64,000 nucleotides of DNA, from positions 1,398,453-1,462,452 of the forward strand of contig ML978122.1 of assembly GCA_010015805.1 (NCBI GenBank), in the 5' to 3' direction. Within the stretch, counting starts at the first letter, position 1. The number at the start of each line of letters is the position of its first letter. The notes beneath the pieces are model-generated. The model did not search any database and had not been told where the DNA came from. It saw only the letters and a program-made list of their open reading frames with translations. The translations under genes and the position numbers were made by a program. Positions 25,965 through 39,001 of this stretch are shown here, piece by piece. This DNA comes from Rhizodiscina lignyota (Eukaryota).

Positions 25965-26253
25965 TGCGAAGTGGCGGGGAAAGCTTAGGAACAGACTGAA
26001 TTGAGCATTGTTACGGTGTGAGGTTGGTTGAGACAAGATTTAGGCCGAGTCATTCTCCGCATTTGGCGCGCTGAAAGCGCGGCTGCGCCTGCCTTGCGCT
26101 TGCAGGCGCGATTCATCAGGGCGCAAGAGCTTAATTCAACAACCAGCCTTCCAGGGCACATGTGAACGTATCAGCTGCTAGCCACGGGCGATGATAGCAA
26201 TGCACCGTTATTCGTATCCTTTGGGATAGTGCACGACAACGAGGCGTGCTCCA

Positions 26254-28196
26254 ATGGACCAAGCTAACTTCAAGCGACTAACCGCGCCCATATCTGTCTT
26301 CAGGGATGATTCCGACTCGGAAGCCTCCCACGACGAGCCTCGTGCTCGACGTTTCTTTATTCAATCTGCAAAAGAGCCACTCGCTGTCACTGAAACTTCT
26401 GCTAACGTGCAAAAACCGCCGACAATAACGCCAGAGAAAGAAGGCCAGCACCCGAATGTGACTGGCGACGTTCCTCCACTGACTAAACCCCAAAGCCACG
26501 CTCCATTGATCACATACTCGAGAAAGAATGCCACAGCTCGAGATGGACCTCGTCCTAACAACGACTCTAGAAATACTGAAGTGCAGCCAGCAGCCAACAA
26601 TTCTGTGCAGACACCCACAACTCACAAGCGGCGACGTCTGCCAGATGTTGGGGGTCTTGTACTTGTTCCTACGTTGGATGACCTGCAGGCCGATGAGAGT
26701 GTAGGTGGACTTCCCAGTATCAAATTAATGACTAATTCAGTCGTTCCTCTAGCCGGTCTCATCAGATAGCCATGATGAGATTGAAGATGAAGAGGCGGAA
26801 ACACGTCGGCCGAAGAAGCGCACAGGATCTGCTACAGGAAAACTTCTCAGGGCCCCCCTCAGCATCTTGCAAAAGAATGTTCGATTTCCAGCTCGGCCCC
26901 CTAGAGCCCGGGTTGACGTCTCGCCGGACTTGAGGGAGTTTCGAATGCCTCGGAAGGAGCTGGCTGACGGCTTCCCACCAGATGGCGGCAAACATGCGTT
27001 GCGAGATGGATTCGTTGGTCGTGAACGGCAGATTGCTCCCACCGTTAAACGCAAACGCAGACATGTGAAACCGGTGGATCTCCGTTCTCCTTGGAAAGCG
27101 CTCCCGTTGCGGAAAGGCGCAGCACCTTACTCTCCATGTACCAATGCCAATCCACGCACTACTCTACCCTTAGTATCAAGTTCGTCCCACTCGGCCAGCT
27201 CCGCCGCCCCAAGGGATGGCCAAGAAAAGGATGAAATCCATGTTTCCAACGAACATGAGAAGCAAGTCACCCAACCCCCAAGGCGTAGCAAAAGCATACC
27301 GTTGGCTATATTGACGCAACTTGAGCGGGTGACTGCACCTGCACGTTCGCCATCGCCATCAGATTCTGAGGACGACATCGTTGATGAGGATGAAACAGAG
27401 AACATTTCGCAGAACCAGCGGGATGGCAACGAATTCGCCGACGACGATATTGACATGCTTGACGAAGGTCATCAAAGTGAAAGCAGACAAACGCCTTTAC
27501 CTCCTACCCAGAGTTTTCGACGTCCGTCATCCTTGGTGCTGAATGACGTGCAGGTCCCAGTGAGCTCGATCATGGATCGGAATCTTCCTGAGCAAGCTGC
27601 AAGGATGTTGAAAGGAGGCAAATGGAATGAGGTAGAAGATGACCTCATTGAGGAAAGCAGTCCGAGAAACTTTGAAGTAGCTTCGAAAGTGCGCAACGTC
27701 CGGGGTAGCCGAAGGACCTCAGTGGACGAGCACCGCTCTGGGAGTAAGTGACGTCTGATGAAATTTACGCGTGAAGGCATTCAAGTACTCATTTTAATGG
27801 CTAGAATCCCATCCTAGACCTGTTGAAGTCAGTTTGGAAACGCAGAGCTATTTTACTATGGCGTCGCAACGGCTCTATTCAGGCATCGATGGCTACGAGC
27901 GTACGCTCGCTTCAGCTCACCTCCGCTCTAGTCCGAGGCATATTCTCTCCTCCAAAAGGATGGAAGACGATGATGATGAGCTTCTTCTCCGCTCTGATTT
28001 TGCTTCTGCGTCTGCGGCAGACTTCGACTATAACGAGCACATTCAATCTGCGCATCCTCCACGAAGACGAAGTCCAGTGCATGATCTTAAGACTCTCGTC
28101 CGACGGACGAGTGTTGAATTTGGTACTCTGCCATCCGGAATGCATAGGAGCACTAGCATACCCTTTCAACCACCGTTTCGCAATTTGCGTTGCTGA
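26254..28196 (+). CDS. Hypothetical low-complexity/disordered, probably nuclear protein (about 3 exons)
   Basis: Successive same-strand ORFs 26254-26769, 26867-27751 and 27834-28196 with plausible introns. Basic NLS-like and acidic stretches; ends SIPFQPPFRNLRC. Confidence 0.6.
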
Positions 28197-28733
28197 GTCG
28201 AACGCCCCGAGCTGTTGCTGAATTGCTTATTTGCTTCTTGATCATTCAGATATGTGCGCTGCAGCAGAAATGGAACTAGACATTGTAATATTAAATGCTG
28301 AACATAGAATAATCTATATGATGCACCCCTTATTAGCTCTAACGTAAATATTCTTCAAGATGATGAAAGCTGGGTTGAGAATCGTGATGTTTGTCTTCCA
28401 TCGGCTCTCCACCACCGTATCGAGGGTCCCCACAAGTATCAACGCGAGAGATCAACGAGAATTTTATTTTAGTTAAATTTCTGTTTCGAGTCCGTTTGTA
28501 TCTGTGCAACAGTTCCATGGAGTAAATAGTCGTGATGCGACGCTATTTCACCAGGATACGATCAAATTTTAATACAAGGTACAAACGAAATTTGTAGCCA
28601 AGAGCGCTCCTGTTGCAGTACGAACCAAAATTATAGCACGTCTTCGCAACGGACCTATTAAAGTAGTTTGTTTGTAGGGTATTTCATTAAATGGTGATAT
28701 TGAATCACCAAAAAAATTGGTTTAACAGTTTAA

Positions 28734-28817
28734 AGGTCCCTCCGAGAGTCGAACTCAGGTTACTGGAAGATTCTGAATAATCAAAATCCAGTGTGATAAC
28801 CACTACACTAAGGAACC
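28734..28817 (-). tRNA. tRNA-Gln(UUG) with a 12-nt intron
   Basis: Minus strand reads GGTTCCTTAGTGTAGTGGTTATCACA-CTGGA-TTTTGA-[TTATTCAGAATC]-T-TCCAG-TAAC-CTGAGTTCGACTCTCGG-AGGGACC-T. Acceptor, anticodon and T stems pair, and a T-run terminator lies downstream. Confidence 0.93.
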
Positions 28818-30762
28818 AGAAAATATCGCTCTTTTCAAGACTAAGTTAAACATATTCTCAAGTTACTGAATCCAAATATTTCGACCATTTTCTCTTCTCT
28901 TCAGGTAGAAAATGCACATTAGCCTAAATTTTGAAATATTTCACAATTCTATTCCGTAGAGATTTAATTCCCCAATATTCTTGGATTCCGATCGATGTGC
29001 CTAATTAAACGAATGCCTTTGCACCAACCATTCTCAAAACTAAGCCCTCCACCCTGACGCGGCATGAGTAGGCTTTTTTCCCAGAGTATGCTACAATCTC
29101 GGTAATCTTACGAAACAGTAGATACATCCCCATCTTCTGACAAATTTTGTCGTTCAAGTAGAAAACTACCACAGCAAGGCTTGATTCCTTCCAGTAATAA
29201 TTTACGTTACGACTCACATTTTCTCACTCTTACGGGTACATAAGATTTGCCTCTTGTAAGTCACGTGCTGACGATAGAGAATAACGCATGAATGGTAAGA
29301 AAATTTATGAGCTTTTCGGCCTCTGCATCAGCTTTACATTCTATCGATTCAACCTAGCAGGATCGATAGGCCATTACCGGTTGGCCTCTTTCGGCCGGTT
29401 TTCTAGAAAGAGTCGGGCATTTGTATAATAGCGCTTTGCGCAACGAATCGTCTCTAGCTAATTGTAATCTCCCACATCGAGATTATACTACCAATGCGCA
29501 CCCAGAAGTTAATTAACTGCTGTGTTTGCGAAGTATAGACGCTATCGTCCTCATGGGACAGATCGAGGTCGGGGGCCCGTAAATGGGAGCGGTAGAGATA
29601 CGTCTTGTTAGCTAGATCTAGTGATGTCGACACGAGGATAATAGCAGCACTAAGCAAGATGCTTGCCAGCAGCCAAGCGACGAAATATGAGAAGTTGGGT
29701 GTGCAAGTGCAGAAAGAGGAATACGCAAATGCAACTGAGGAGAAATGAAGTTGGGACGGGACGGGACGATGCTTGCCGAAAGGGAGTCGGGACGGGATCT
29801 TTCGACTCGAGTTGACGACCAGAATATCGCTTACTACTCCTTTCCTCATGATTCATCAGTTAATGGAATGCTAAATGTTTGAATTTCATTGTCTTGAAAA
29901 TCCTAAAATTTGGGTTCCCAAGTTTAGTATATTTTACCTCGTCGTTCTGAAGCCACAAAACGCGACCCGGCTTTTCAGGGGGCCTTCAGAGATTTCTGCC
30001 ACCATTCGCCTCCTCTTTTTCGCATCTCACTCTCAATCTTTCAATCGCGGTCTAAGTTAAGTATCACACGAAGTCTGTGGGTCTCCAACTTGTGGTAGTG
30101 ATACGATTTTTACACGTGTCTCAGACGATCACTCACGGAGCTGAAAGAGTTTTGCATTCCTCTCGTCTCCATTGCCGGATGCAGTTGGGTCGAGGCCGAT
30201 GAGCTTGACGTCGCACACCCACCCAAAACACAACCAATTCCTCGCCTCAGTCAAGGCATGGCGCGCTAATTCGGCCATTCGGCATCTTGCCATTTCAATA
30301 TTCACACCTTTTGACAATGACACTGAGCTGCGCTGTCTTAGCCGCGCGGTTGCTTGCGGCCCTATGTACTCGTCCAACCTTCCGCTTTCATGTGCTACAT
30401 CTCCCTCTGTCTCATCTAGACTTCTTCTCAATGCCATTATTGGGCTGGAAAGAGACATTTCGATCTTTCATTTCTCGGACCTAGCACCGCTCTTTGTTGA
30501 AGAGTGGATTACCGGTTTGCCGTGAGGGCAGTGACGACCTTGAGTGCGGTTGCGGTGTGATTCCTCATGGAGGACACAACCCTTTTCCTGGCTGCCGTCT
30601 AATATCATCCTTCTGACTCGCTACTCGATCTATTCGTCCTAAGTTTGCCCCTATAAGTCTGTCTTTTCCGATGTATACCTAATTGCACGCAATCCGGGTT
30701 TAAGGGTGTTGTTAGACATTCCTCTTCGAACTCGATCGCCGAGTCCTTCTCCTCCTTCGAAA

Positions 30763-33424
30763 ATGCCGGCATTAGTGAACAAGATCCCAAACCCATTCGA
30801 CGGCACTGGTATCACGATCCGAGATGGTTTCAAGATCGCTACAGAGCTTGCAGGAACCCCTAAGCGCTTCATATTCTCTGGCGTGATTAGAGCCATCGAT
30901 TCCCGTGACTCCGACATCGCGCCACGCTATGTGCATATCGCGAATTACTGGGCACCATGGGAAAAGAAGGTACTTCAAGTGGTGGCAGTAGCTACGGCAG
31001 CAATCAGCGTTGTGATGGCGGTAGTGACATCGTATTGGTTTTTAAGGATGAGTAAGCGCCTTCGTCACAGGTAAGGAAGCTTCACATACATTCATGGACA
31101 ACTCTAACCGCCAACAGTCTTATCATGTTTCTCATCACTGGAGACTTGTTTCGGGCCATCTGGATGCTCATCATTTCCATTCTGGCGCTGCGCGAGGGCC
31201 AGGTCCAGTCATCCTCGACTGTATGCCAAGCAAGTGGATGGTTTATTCAATTCGGAACTATCATGAATGGTGAATATGCGCCCATCAAACAACGGGAAAT
31301 TTCTAACTCTATTCAGACTGGGCAGCTCTTGCACTCGCCGTGCATGGTGCAATCCAAATCATTCGTCCATCTGTGAATGCAATCCACTCCGTCGACGTGA
31401 TGTTCGTGTACCGGCACTGGATCTACGCCGCCCTAATCATCATCCCAGTCCTCTGCTCTTCTCTTGGGTACGTCATGGAAAATGGGCACTACACGGCGTC
31501 AGGCGCATTCTGCATGCTGCCAATCCGGCCTCTCTGGTACCGTCTCGCGCTCTCTTGGATACCGCGCTACATCATCGGCATGACGATTCTCGGCCTGACA
31601 ATCGCGGTGTACGTGCACGTCCGGAACGTATACAAGGGTACTACGCGCAGCAGATGGTGGGCCCTGTCCTCCATCGCTGTCCCGAAAGACGATACAGAGA
31701 CTCAGACAACCCAACCGTCCACCGAACCACTTACTGCTCCCAGAAGCTCACACATCCGCGACTCCATAACATCGCACGATGCATTCGATATGCTTGGCCT
31801 CTCAACCATGGACAACGCACCTTCTCGACGTCTCTCAGCTCTCACCACCGCTTTCGGAAGTACGCCTGCTCAGACACCCAAAGCAGACCAACCCATATCA
31901 ACACAACTAAGCCTCGATGCTCCACCTTCCCCGGCCGGTGGACGGCGTAAATCCGCCGTCAGCATGTCCACTTCTTCATCATCTACCGGTATCCCACCAC
32001 GACGCATTCATTCTCTTGACCTCCCCCCGAAAGGCCACCGCGAGCCCACCACCACAACAACCCCCACCAAAGCACTACCTCGCCGTGTTTCCATCCGATC
32101 CAACACCAAACGTAACTCCTCCGCGCAATCTATCGCTTCCAACCATACCCGCAGCTCAAAGATCGGCCTCACTCTCCCCGCCGTCCTGTCAATCCCCATG
32201 CCATCGCAATTCCACCGAAGCCGTGCTCCTTCCACCCCCAACGTCCTGCGCAGCCAGCGCGCCGCCATACGCCGGCACCTTCGTCTCACGTTCATCTACC
32301 CGCTGGTCTACATCGCCATGTGGCTGTGCCCGTTCGCGCTGCACTGCATGCAGTACAACAACTACTTCGCTGCACAACCACCCTTCGCGTTGGGAGTCCT
32401 GGCGACGTGCTGCTACACGCTCATGGCGGCAGTGGACTGTGGGATCTTCGCGTACAGGGAGAAGCCTTGGCGACACATCAGGCGCAATATTGGGGGTTCG
32501 TTTTGGGGCAGCTTTCGCATTCGGAGGGGTGGTGATGATAGCAATGTGGATAAGGGTGGCAAGTCGTCTAGATGGGGGGTGGATGGGTATGGAAGTGGCG
32601 CGTGGGGGAGTTGGGCCGAGAAAGGGGGTCTGGGCAAGGGAAACAAGAGGACGAAACGGGGCGATAGTATGGACAGCGTTATGGGTGTTGCGCCGGATGT
32701 GAGTATTAGTGCGAACACTATTGATGAGGAGAGCGCGATCGGGCCTGCAGACATCTCAAAACCAAAACCACAGCCTCGCTCTCCTGCATCAGGCGCTGCG
32801 CGACCCAATACGCTTGCGACAATCGACTCGAACGAGGCCATCAGCCAAAGACACTCCAGCCAGGAGTCTCAAACCTACCTGGGAGGGATGGCAGAAATAC
32901 CACGCCAACTGAAACGCGCAGTGACTACTGCGCCGCGCCGCCTGTCGAAGCAGCCCGGCAAAGTGATCCGCAAACTCAATCAATCGCGCACCCTCGCGAA
33001 GCGCAGTGATGCGGAGAAACTGGCCAGCGAGCACGCGCAGGCACGTTTGAAGGTTGAGAAGGAAGAGCGGCGCGCTAGGGAAGAAGAGAAGCTGGCGACG
33101 GGCGCGGGTTGGGCGCAGGAGGTGGGCAGTGCGACTTATTCAGACCCTACTGAGAGTGGAAGACTGGGAGAGAGGCACTGGTGGGATACGGCGAGGAAGG
33201 ATTCGGAGTTTACGGCATGGGGAGGGTCGAGGAGGGGAACAGTTGCGACGAATGGAATAGGTGCGGATGGAAGTCCAAGTGAGAGTGATCAGGCCAGTCC
33301 GGGACAGAGTCCTAGTGAGGTAAAGGAGCCGGTTGGTTGGCCCTGTGGGTCGGCGGAGCAGGCAATATCACCTTTATCGCCTTCGTCTCCTGCGGTAGAG
33401 AGAAGTCTTGGGGAGAGGATGTGA
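30763..33424 (+). CDS. Git3/Gpr1-family G protein-coupled (carbon/glucose-sensing type) receptor
   Basis: YWFLRMSKRLRHRLIMFLITGD, CQASGW, GAFCMLPIRPLWYRLALSWIPRY, a long third intracellular loop, then RRHLRLTFIYPLVY and VDCGIFAYREKPW. Two introns. Confidence 0.88.
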
Positions 33425-33750
33425 AGCTGAAGCAAAAAGATGATAGAGCACTGACAAGTGGGTGAGCTATGCTTCTATGGAAGTTTTCGGCGTTCTGTTT
33501 GATATATTGAGCTCGATATTCTTCTGCTAGTGGAGTCCATGATGCTGAAATGCATTCCATCTTTATTGATGCATGTCTCCAGCTGTTAGGTGAATGCTGC
33601 GAGGGCAAAATGCGCGAGCGTATGCGGATGATCTGCCCCCAGTGGAAGCACGACGCTGAGGGCCTCGCTATACGATCTGGATCCAGTTGTCTGTAACCAG
33701 ACGAATAGTGCCAGAGCGTGGGGTATGTTCGTCTTCATCTTGATTCCTCC

Positions 33751-34567
33751 TCAATCGAAACTCGGTGCCAGAGCAACAAGACTGAATCTCGGATCCGTCT
33801 CCCTTTCCATGAACTTCCTCACGCTCCTCTCCAGCGCGTCCTCGCTCAGCACATCATCCCCTTCCTTGAGCACACCGCGATCTAGCGGACCCTTCCTACG
33901 TCCATCCATCTCCCACAAATGACCATCGTCTCCACGCACGAAGCACACAAAGTGTAGATCCACCTGGTCGGTCGCCGATGGAGCAGACGTATCTCCCGTC
34001 GCAGCAGCGCTGGCATGCGCCTTCTCGAGCGAACGTGACTCGTACAGCAGCTCTGCTCTCTTCACCGGATCAAGAGGGATGGCGCTCTTCACCAAGTCAG
34101 CTAGATCGCTGCCTGGCAGGATGTTGCTCTTCGCCTCCCCGTTGCTCACGCCGTGGAGCAGGCCGATGAGACCGCACGCGTTTGCGATGGTCTGCTTAAA
34201 CCACACCACAGGTTCCTTATCGCCGCTGCCTGTATACTCTGCCTTTGACGCGTCCTCATCGCGTCGGTGTGACTCGTATGTCGGCGTGACGGGGAAGATG
34301 AGGAGTAGCGCGTGGGCAGGGCGCGGGACGAAGGAGAGGAGCGTTGGGTCGTCGATGGAGTAGACGTCGTGGAAAGATAAGGTAGGAGAGAGGCCTAGGT
34401 TGCGCACAAGGGAGGTCATGACTTCAGGATTATTTTCTGGGCGCGTTAGCTGGGCGACTTTCTGATGAGTGGTAGGATATCTGGGTACCTAGCGGCACGA
34501 AGCGCTTGCGTCCTGCTGGTACATCTGGATTATCGTGCGAGTCGATGATTTCTTGCTCTGTTGCCAT
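33751..34567 (-). CDS. YUH1: Ubiquitin C-terminal hydrolase (UCH/C12 family, Yuh1-like)
   Basis: KRFVPL-ENNPEVM across an intron, WFKQTIANACG (catalytic Cys), LHFVCFV and EMDGRRKGP. Confidence 0.92.
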
Positions 34568-35061
34568 GATGGTAGATTCTGTATGTTCTATTTCACGAGT
34601 CCAAGGGTAGAGTTGGAAGTTTGAAGGAGCTTGGAAGATGGTGAAATGTGTACAAAAAAAAGTGAGTTGATGTGGGGGAGGCTTAGCACCTCAGGCACCG
34701 ATCGCTGTGACGTTTGCGGGGTGTTCGCCCGCGCCGTGTATCGCGCCATCTTACTATCATTCACCTCTATCCCTAGCTGATGGGTATTTTCATTCCTGAA
34801 GACGCATAGGAACGATCAATTGTACATTGAAGTGAAGATGTTGCAAGCCAGGTGCAGCAGGCAACGGCGTTTGCATGACGTCGGCGGGACGCAACAGCTT
34901 GTGGAGCTCTCTGCCCCTGCAAATCACTCCACACCAGCCTTCCGGTCAACCCTCCAAGAAGACTCGGCCGAGTGCAATTGACTCTCTTATTTCAAAAGCC
35001 AGCCCCTCAAGAGGATCCCAACCTCTGGACAAGTCCAACTTATCTCTTCCACCACCACACA

Positions 35062-35761
35062 ATGTCCTCCGACTCTCTCGCGGCCCTCCGCAAGAGCGCG
35101 GGACCAGAGCTCACAAAGCTCGCAGAAGAGCACCTGAAGCATGAGTACGCCTTTCTTCTCGCTTTCTTCTCGCTTTCTTCAAGAAAGTGCGCCTTTGGCT
35201 AACCGTAACATGATACCAGTCTCCGCCAATCCGACCGAGACGCCCTACAATCCGCCGCCAGCAAGCTGTCCACCCACGCCACAATCGGCACCATCGTGGG
35301 CTTGGGCCTGGGCTTCTTCCTCGCAGCTCGTATCCGGGCCAGCAGAACACGCATGTTCAATGTATTCAAGGCCATGGAGAAACCGACACAGGTCTCCTTC
35401 GCAGATGGACGGACGGGTACACCATGCCCTTCCTGAGCCTTCCTGCTCCCTCCGCATCTTCACAAGCAGAAGCTGATTCGTCTCACAACACACAGAGGCC
35501 CTCCCAGACCTAGCGCCCTTCATCAAGCCCTCCCCACTCGGCGACATCTTTACATACATGTTCTTTGGCGCCGGTGGGCTCTTCATCGGCGGCGAGACGG
35601 GGCTCTTGACCGGGACGCTGAGCGCGAACCGCACTATTGCCAGTGATCCCGAGTCGAAGAAGAGGATCGAGAACGCGTTTAGGAGATTCCGCGCCGAGGT
35701 TCTGCGCAAACAGGCGGAGGAGCTGGAGAAAGGGACAGAGAATTTGGACATTTTGAGCTGA
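35062..35761 (+). CDS. Conserved fungal small membrane protein of unknown function (3 exons)
   Basis: MSSDSLAALRKS...GTIVGLGLGFFLAARIR...FADGRTEALPDL...FFGAGGLFIGGETGLLTG assembled across two GT-AG introns. Confidence 0.75.
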
Positions 35762-37268
35762 GGGAAGTGACTGGATCAAGTGAACAGGGATAAGAGCATT
35801 TGTACGACATGGGCGTTTGCCCGAGAATCATAATGAATTGGCATAATGAAGACTCTTAGGGCAGCGGCGTTCTTAATGTCGGACTCTTGAATCAGCTTCT
35901 CAGGAATCTCAACTTTTCATGCCGCCGAGCTTGATGAGCGCCTCCACGCAACTAAACGCATCACCAGCAACACGTTTGTGCAGTGCAGGAGACTCCTCCA
36001 CTTGCCTGGTAGCTAACTCACAGCCATAACAGTGTTTACAGTGCACTCTCGATTATGAGTGCCGCCTAGTTAGGTAACTACGTTGGTTCACGAACCTCTT
36101 AAAAGGATAGCGCATGGCCTACCTACCTCGACTGGAAGCTGCATCTACTTAAACACAAGCCGTATCTTGATCAAATAGGCGTAGGTACCAGCAATTGTGC
36201 AACTTAATCAGGGCTAATTGACGTTGTCACCGGAAAGGATCCAGATACTTAGTCCAGAGGTCACTTTTCTTAATGTACATCCGCGAGTGGTTCCTCTTCC
36301 GCCAACACTTTCTCGACACATTTGCACTTGGCTTCTTTTGCCTCACCCGATTTTGTAGTGTCCTCATCTTACTGCGAAAACATACCTACGCATGTCTCTC
36401 AATTTCTACGTTTCCTCTGCCATCCCATCGCATCCGCGCAAACTCAGAGCTACTGCATTGTACGCTCCTCTCGCAAACAGGGCATCTATAAGTAGTGAGG
36501 TCCATATGGAGACGGCACCACCGTTGGCTCGAACATGAGTACCATTTACATCACTCCCGCGAAATGGTGGTTGGTCGGCGCCTCGTTCTTCGGGGCTACC
36601 ATCGAGATTACGCATTGTGTGCACCCTCTCCAACTAAGCTTACCCTCAATCCTATACTAGTCTGTTCGAACATTCAACCCTACGAGAGCTGTATATAGCA
36701 CGATTAGTGACATCCCTGCAGACCGTTGACACCTTTGCGCTTCAGCGGTGAAGAAAAGGGTGATAGCAGCGTTCGAGATACCCAACAGCTACAATCGATA
36801 GCCCCCATCACAAACAAAATGCACAAATTTTTCAAGCGTGTGTTATTAGCACGTACGCTTCGAAGAGCATGGAACTAAGCTTTCAGAGACAGTCTCGTTG
36901 ACTCTGAAGTGCGAGAACTGCGCACACTTACGTGTTACATCCCGTCCAGCGGCCAGCCCTTGGTGCTCCTCGAGTGCACCTGTATCTTGGCTTGATAAGC
37001 GACCTCTTACAACATCTACATATCCTTTGGTCTTGCATTTACATTACTAGATCAGCAGGCGGAAGCGCAATGATGGAAACAGCACCGATTCGCACGACAC
37101 CACCAATCCGAGGCCAGTTTACGAACGGGAACAACAGAGTAATTTCTCTTCTACCAAGTCAATTAAGAAGAGGAGTGTGTCCAAATTTGTATAGTCGTCA
37201 TCATTTCTGACAATCTCCGACACGCCATCGCGAAAATGCCCGACTCGTAGCGCCGTCCATCATATACA

Positions 37269-38187
37269 TCATCCACAGCACACGGTGACTTCTTCTTCCT
37301 GGGATTTGCTAGCAAAGCAGGTATGTTAGAATCATTCCCGAAGTTGAGCACCATATTTGAGTCACTTACTCAAGCTGAACAGTCTCCCAGCCGAAGATGA
37401 AGAATCCGAGAAAGGCCCCAATGAAGATGCAGATGATGATGTAACTACAGTAAAGATTAGCACTTTCGTATACGCCGCGGTCTTGAATGCACCAATCGAG
37501 GTAGACCGAGCCGATCGCCCCAGAGAAAATCCACTCACCCGTTGAAGTACATAGCCAGCAACATGATGAAGTACGCCACAGCGAACTGCAGCATATGCAA
37601 CAGTGCCCTGACGCCCTGCTGCAGCACATTCGGCCTGAACTGCGCGCTCACTGCTGCACCACCCACGCACATCCTACTCTTCACCATCGCTGCATCCGCC
37701 TTCCCGTCTCCCTGCTGCAGCCCAGCCCCAGAGCCATTCTCACTCGTCGCGCCAGAGTTAACCACCGCACGCTGCTGCAGCGACTGCCTTACCAAGAAGC
37801 GATCGTACTCCTTCCCAAGACGGCGCAGGAACTCCAGTGTCAAAACGAGGCAGATGACGCCGATACACGAGCCGGCGAACATGCCGTGCGAGGTGTTGTG
37901 CCAGGAGCTGGCGAGGAAGCAAGAGTCGACGGTGTACCAGTTCCAGAGCATCTGTGTTGTGTGTTCGTGTTAACAATGTGGTGTTCAGTGAGCGTAGAGG
38001 AGTGGAAATATGAACATGAACGTACGGAGATCTTGCAGGCGTGGCTGCCTGTGCTCATGTCCATTCCTCCCATGTCCATTCCGCCCATTGAAGATGCTGA
38101 TGATGTTGCTGCTGCGGAGGCTGCGGTCACCGTTGAGGACATGGCCATTGAGGACATTGGCACGCTCATGCTCATGCTGGAACTCAT
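37269..38187 (-). CDS. Ctr-family high-affinity copper transporter (Ctr3/Ctr4-like; 4 exons)
   Basis: Met-rich N-terminus, CKISMLWNWYTVDSCFL, MLLAM (MxxxM) then YFNGY, GAFLG. The last exon encodes ...EEVTVCCG followed by the stop. Confidence 0.93.
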
Positions 38188-39001
38188 CGTGGGAATTTCT
38201 GCTCTTTGTCCGTCTACAAGAATGATTGAGGAAGAGAGGTAGAGAGGATCAAGTGTTTACTTTCACAATTAAATAGAGGTTGTACAGGAGAGGAAGTGAG
38301 TGATAAAGAGAACGAACGTACAAAAACCTCCGTGGAGGAGGATAAAGGCGAACGAAAGATGCATATGTCGAACCTCGTGATAAACCACCGCACCAGCGGC
38401 GGCAGCGCTTCGCTCTTTCGAAATGCAGTGTTCGCCAATGGCGTGATTCCAAGTCATTGTGTCTCCATCGCGTCCATTTGAGCGATTTGCAACGGCCGCC
38501 ATGACTGCAGTTCAACAACTTTGCTGTTCCCCCGCCCGCTTCTTCCCGTAGTCACCAACGAGAACCACCTCACTGACGTCTATGAGGTTAGGTAAGTAAT
38601 CCAGGCATCTCTTTTCTCCGCTCGAATAAAACTCAGTGATAAGATCAAGACGACAAAATAGCCAAGGCCGCGGCGGGGACAGAGGTCTTGGCCCGCAGAG
38701 AGAGATTGAGCAAGTTTTTGACTTAAGCGAACAGACGGGAGACATTTGCCATATGACCATCATGGAACGATTTCCTTGGGTTGCTGCAATATTGTACAGT
38801 AGTGTCATCTTGGAGAAGATTGTCGGCGTTTCCAAAAATCATCTCGAATGTAGATATTTAGTGTCATACCGTTACTCTCACATAGTCAACTCCCTAAATT
38901 TGCGTCAGTTTTTAGACTCTCAATTTCGCTATTGTACAAAGCCATTAAAAAAATACAGAGCATCCATACATTATTAGAGTAACTCCACCTCAGCCTCCAT
39001 C

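Noticed and set aside
28250..29300. AT-rich stretch as a possible RIP-degraded transposon
   Set aside because: Adequately explained as tRNA flanking sequence; no terminal repeats or transposase remnants seen.
30567..30602. Short uORF (MEDTTLFLAAV) upstream of the GPCR
   Set aside because: Transcript start is unknown and short ORFs arise by chance.
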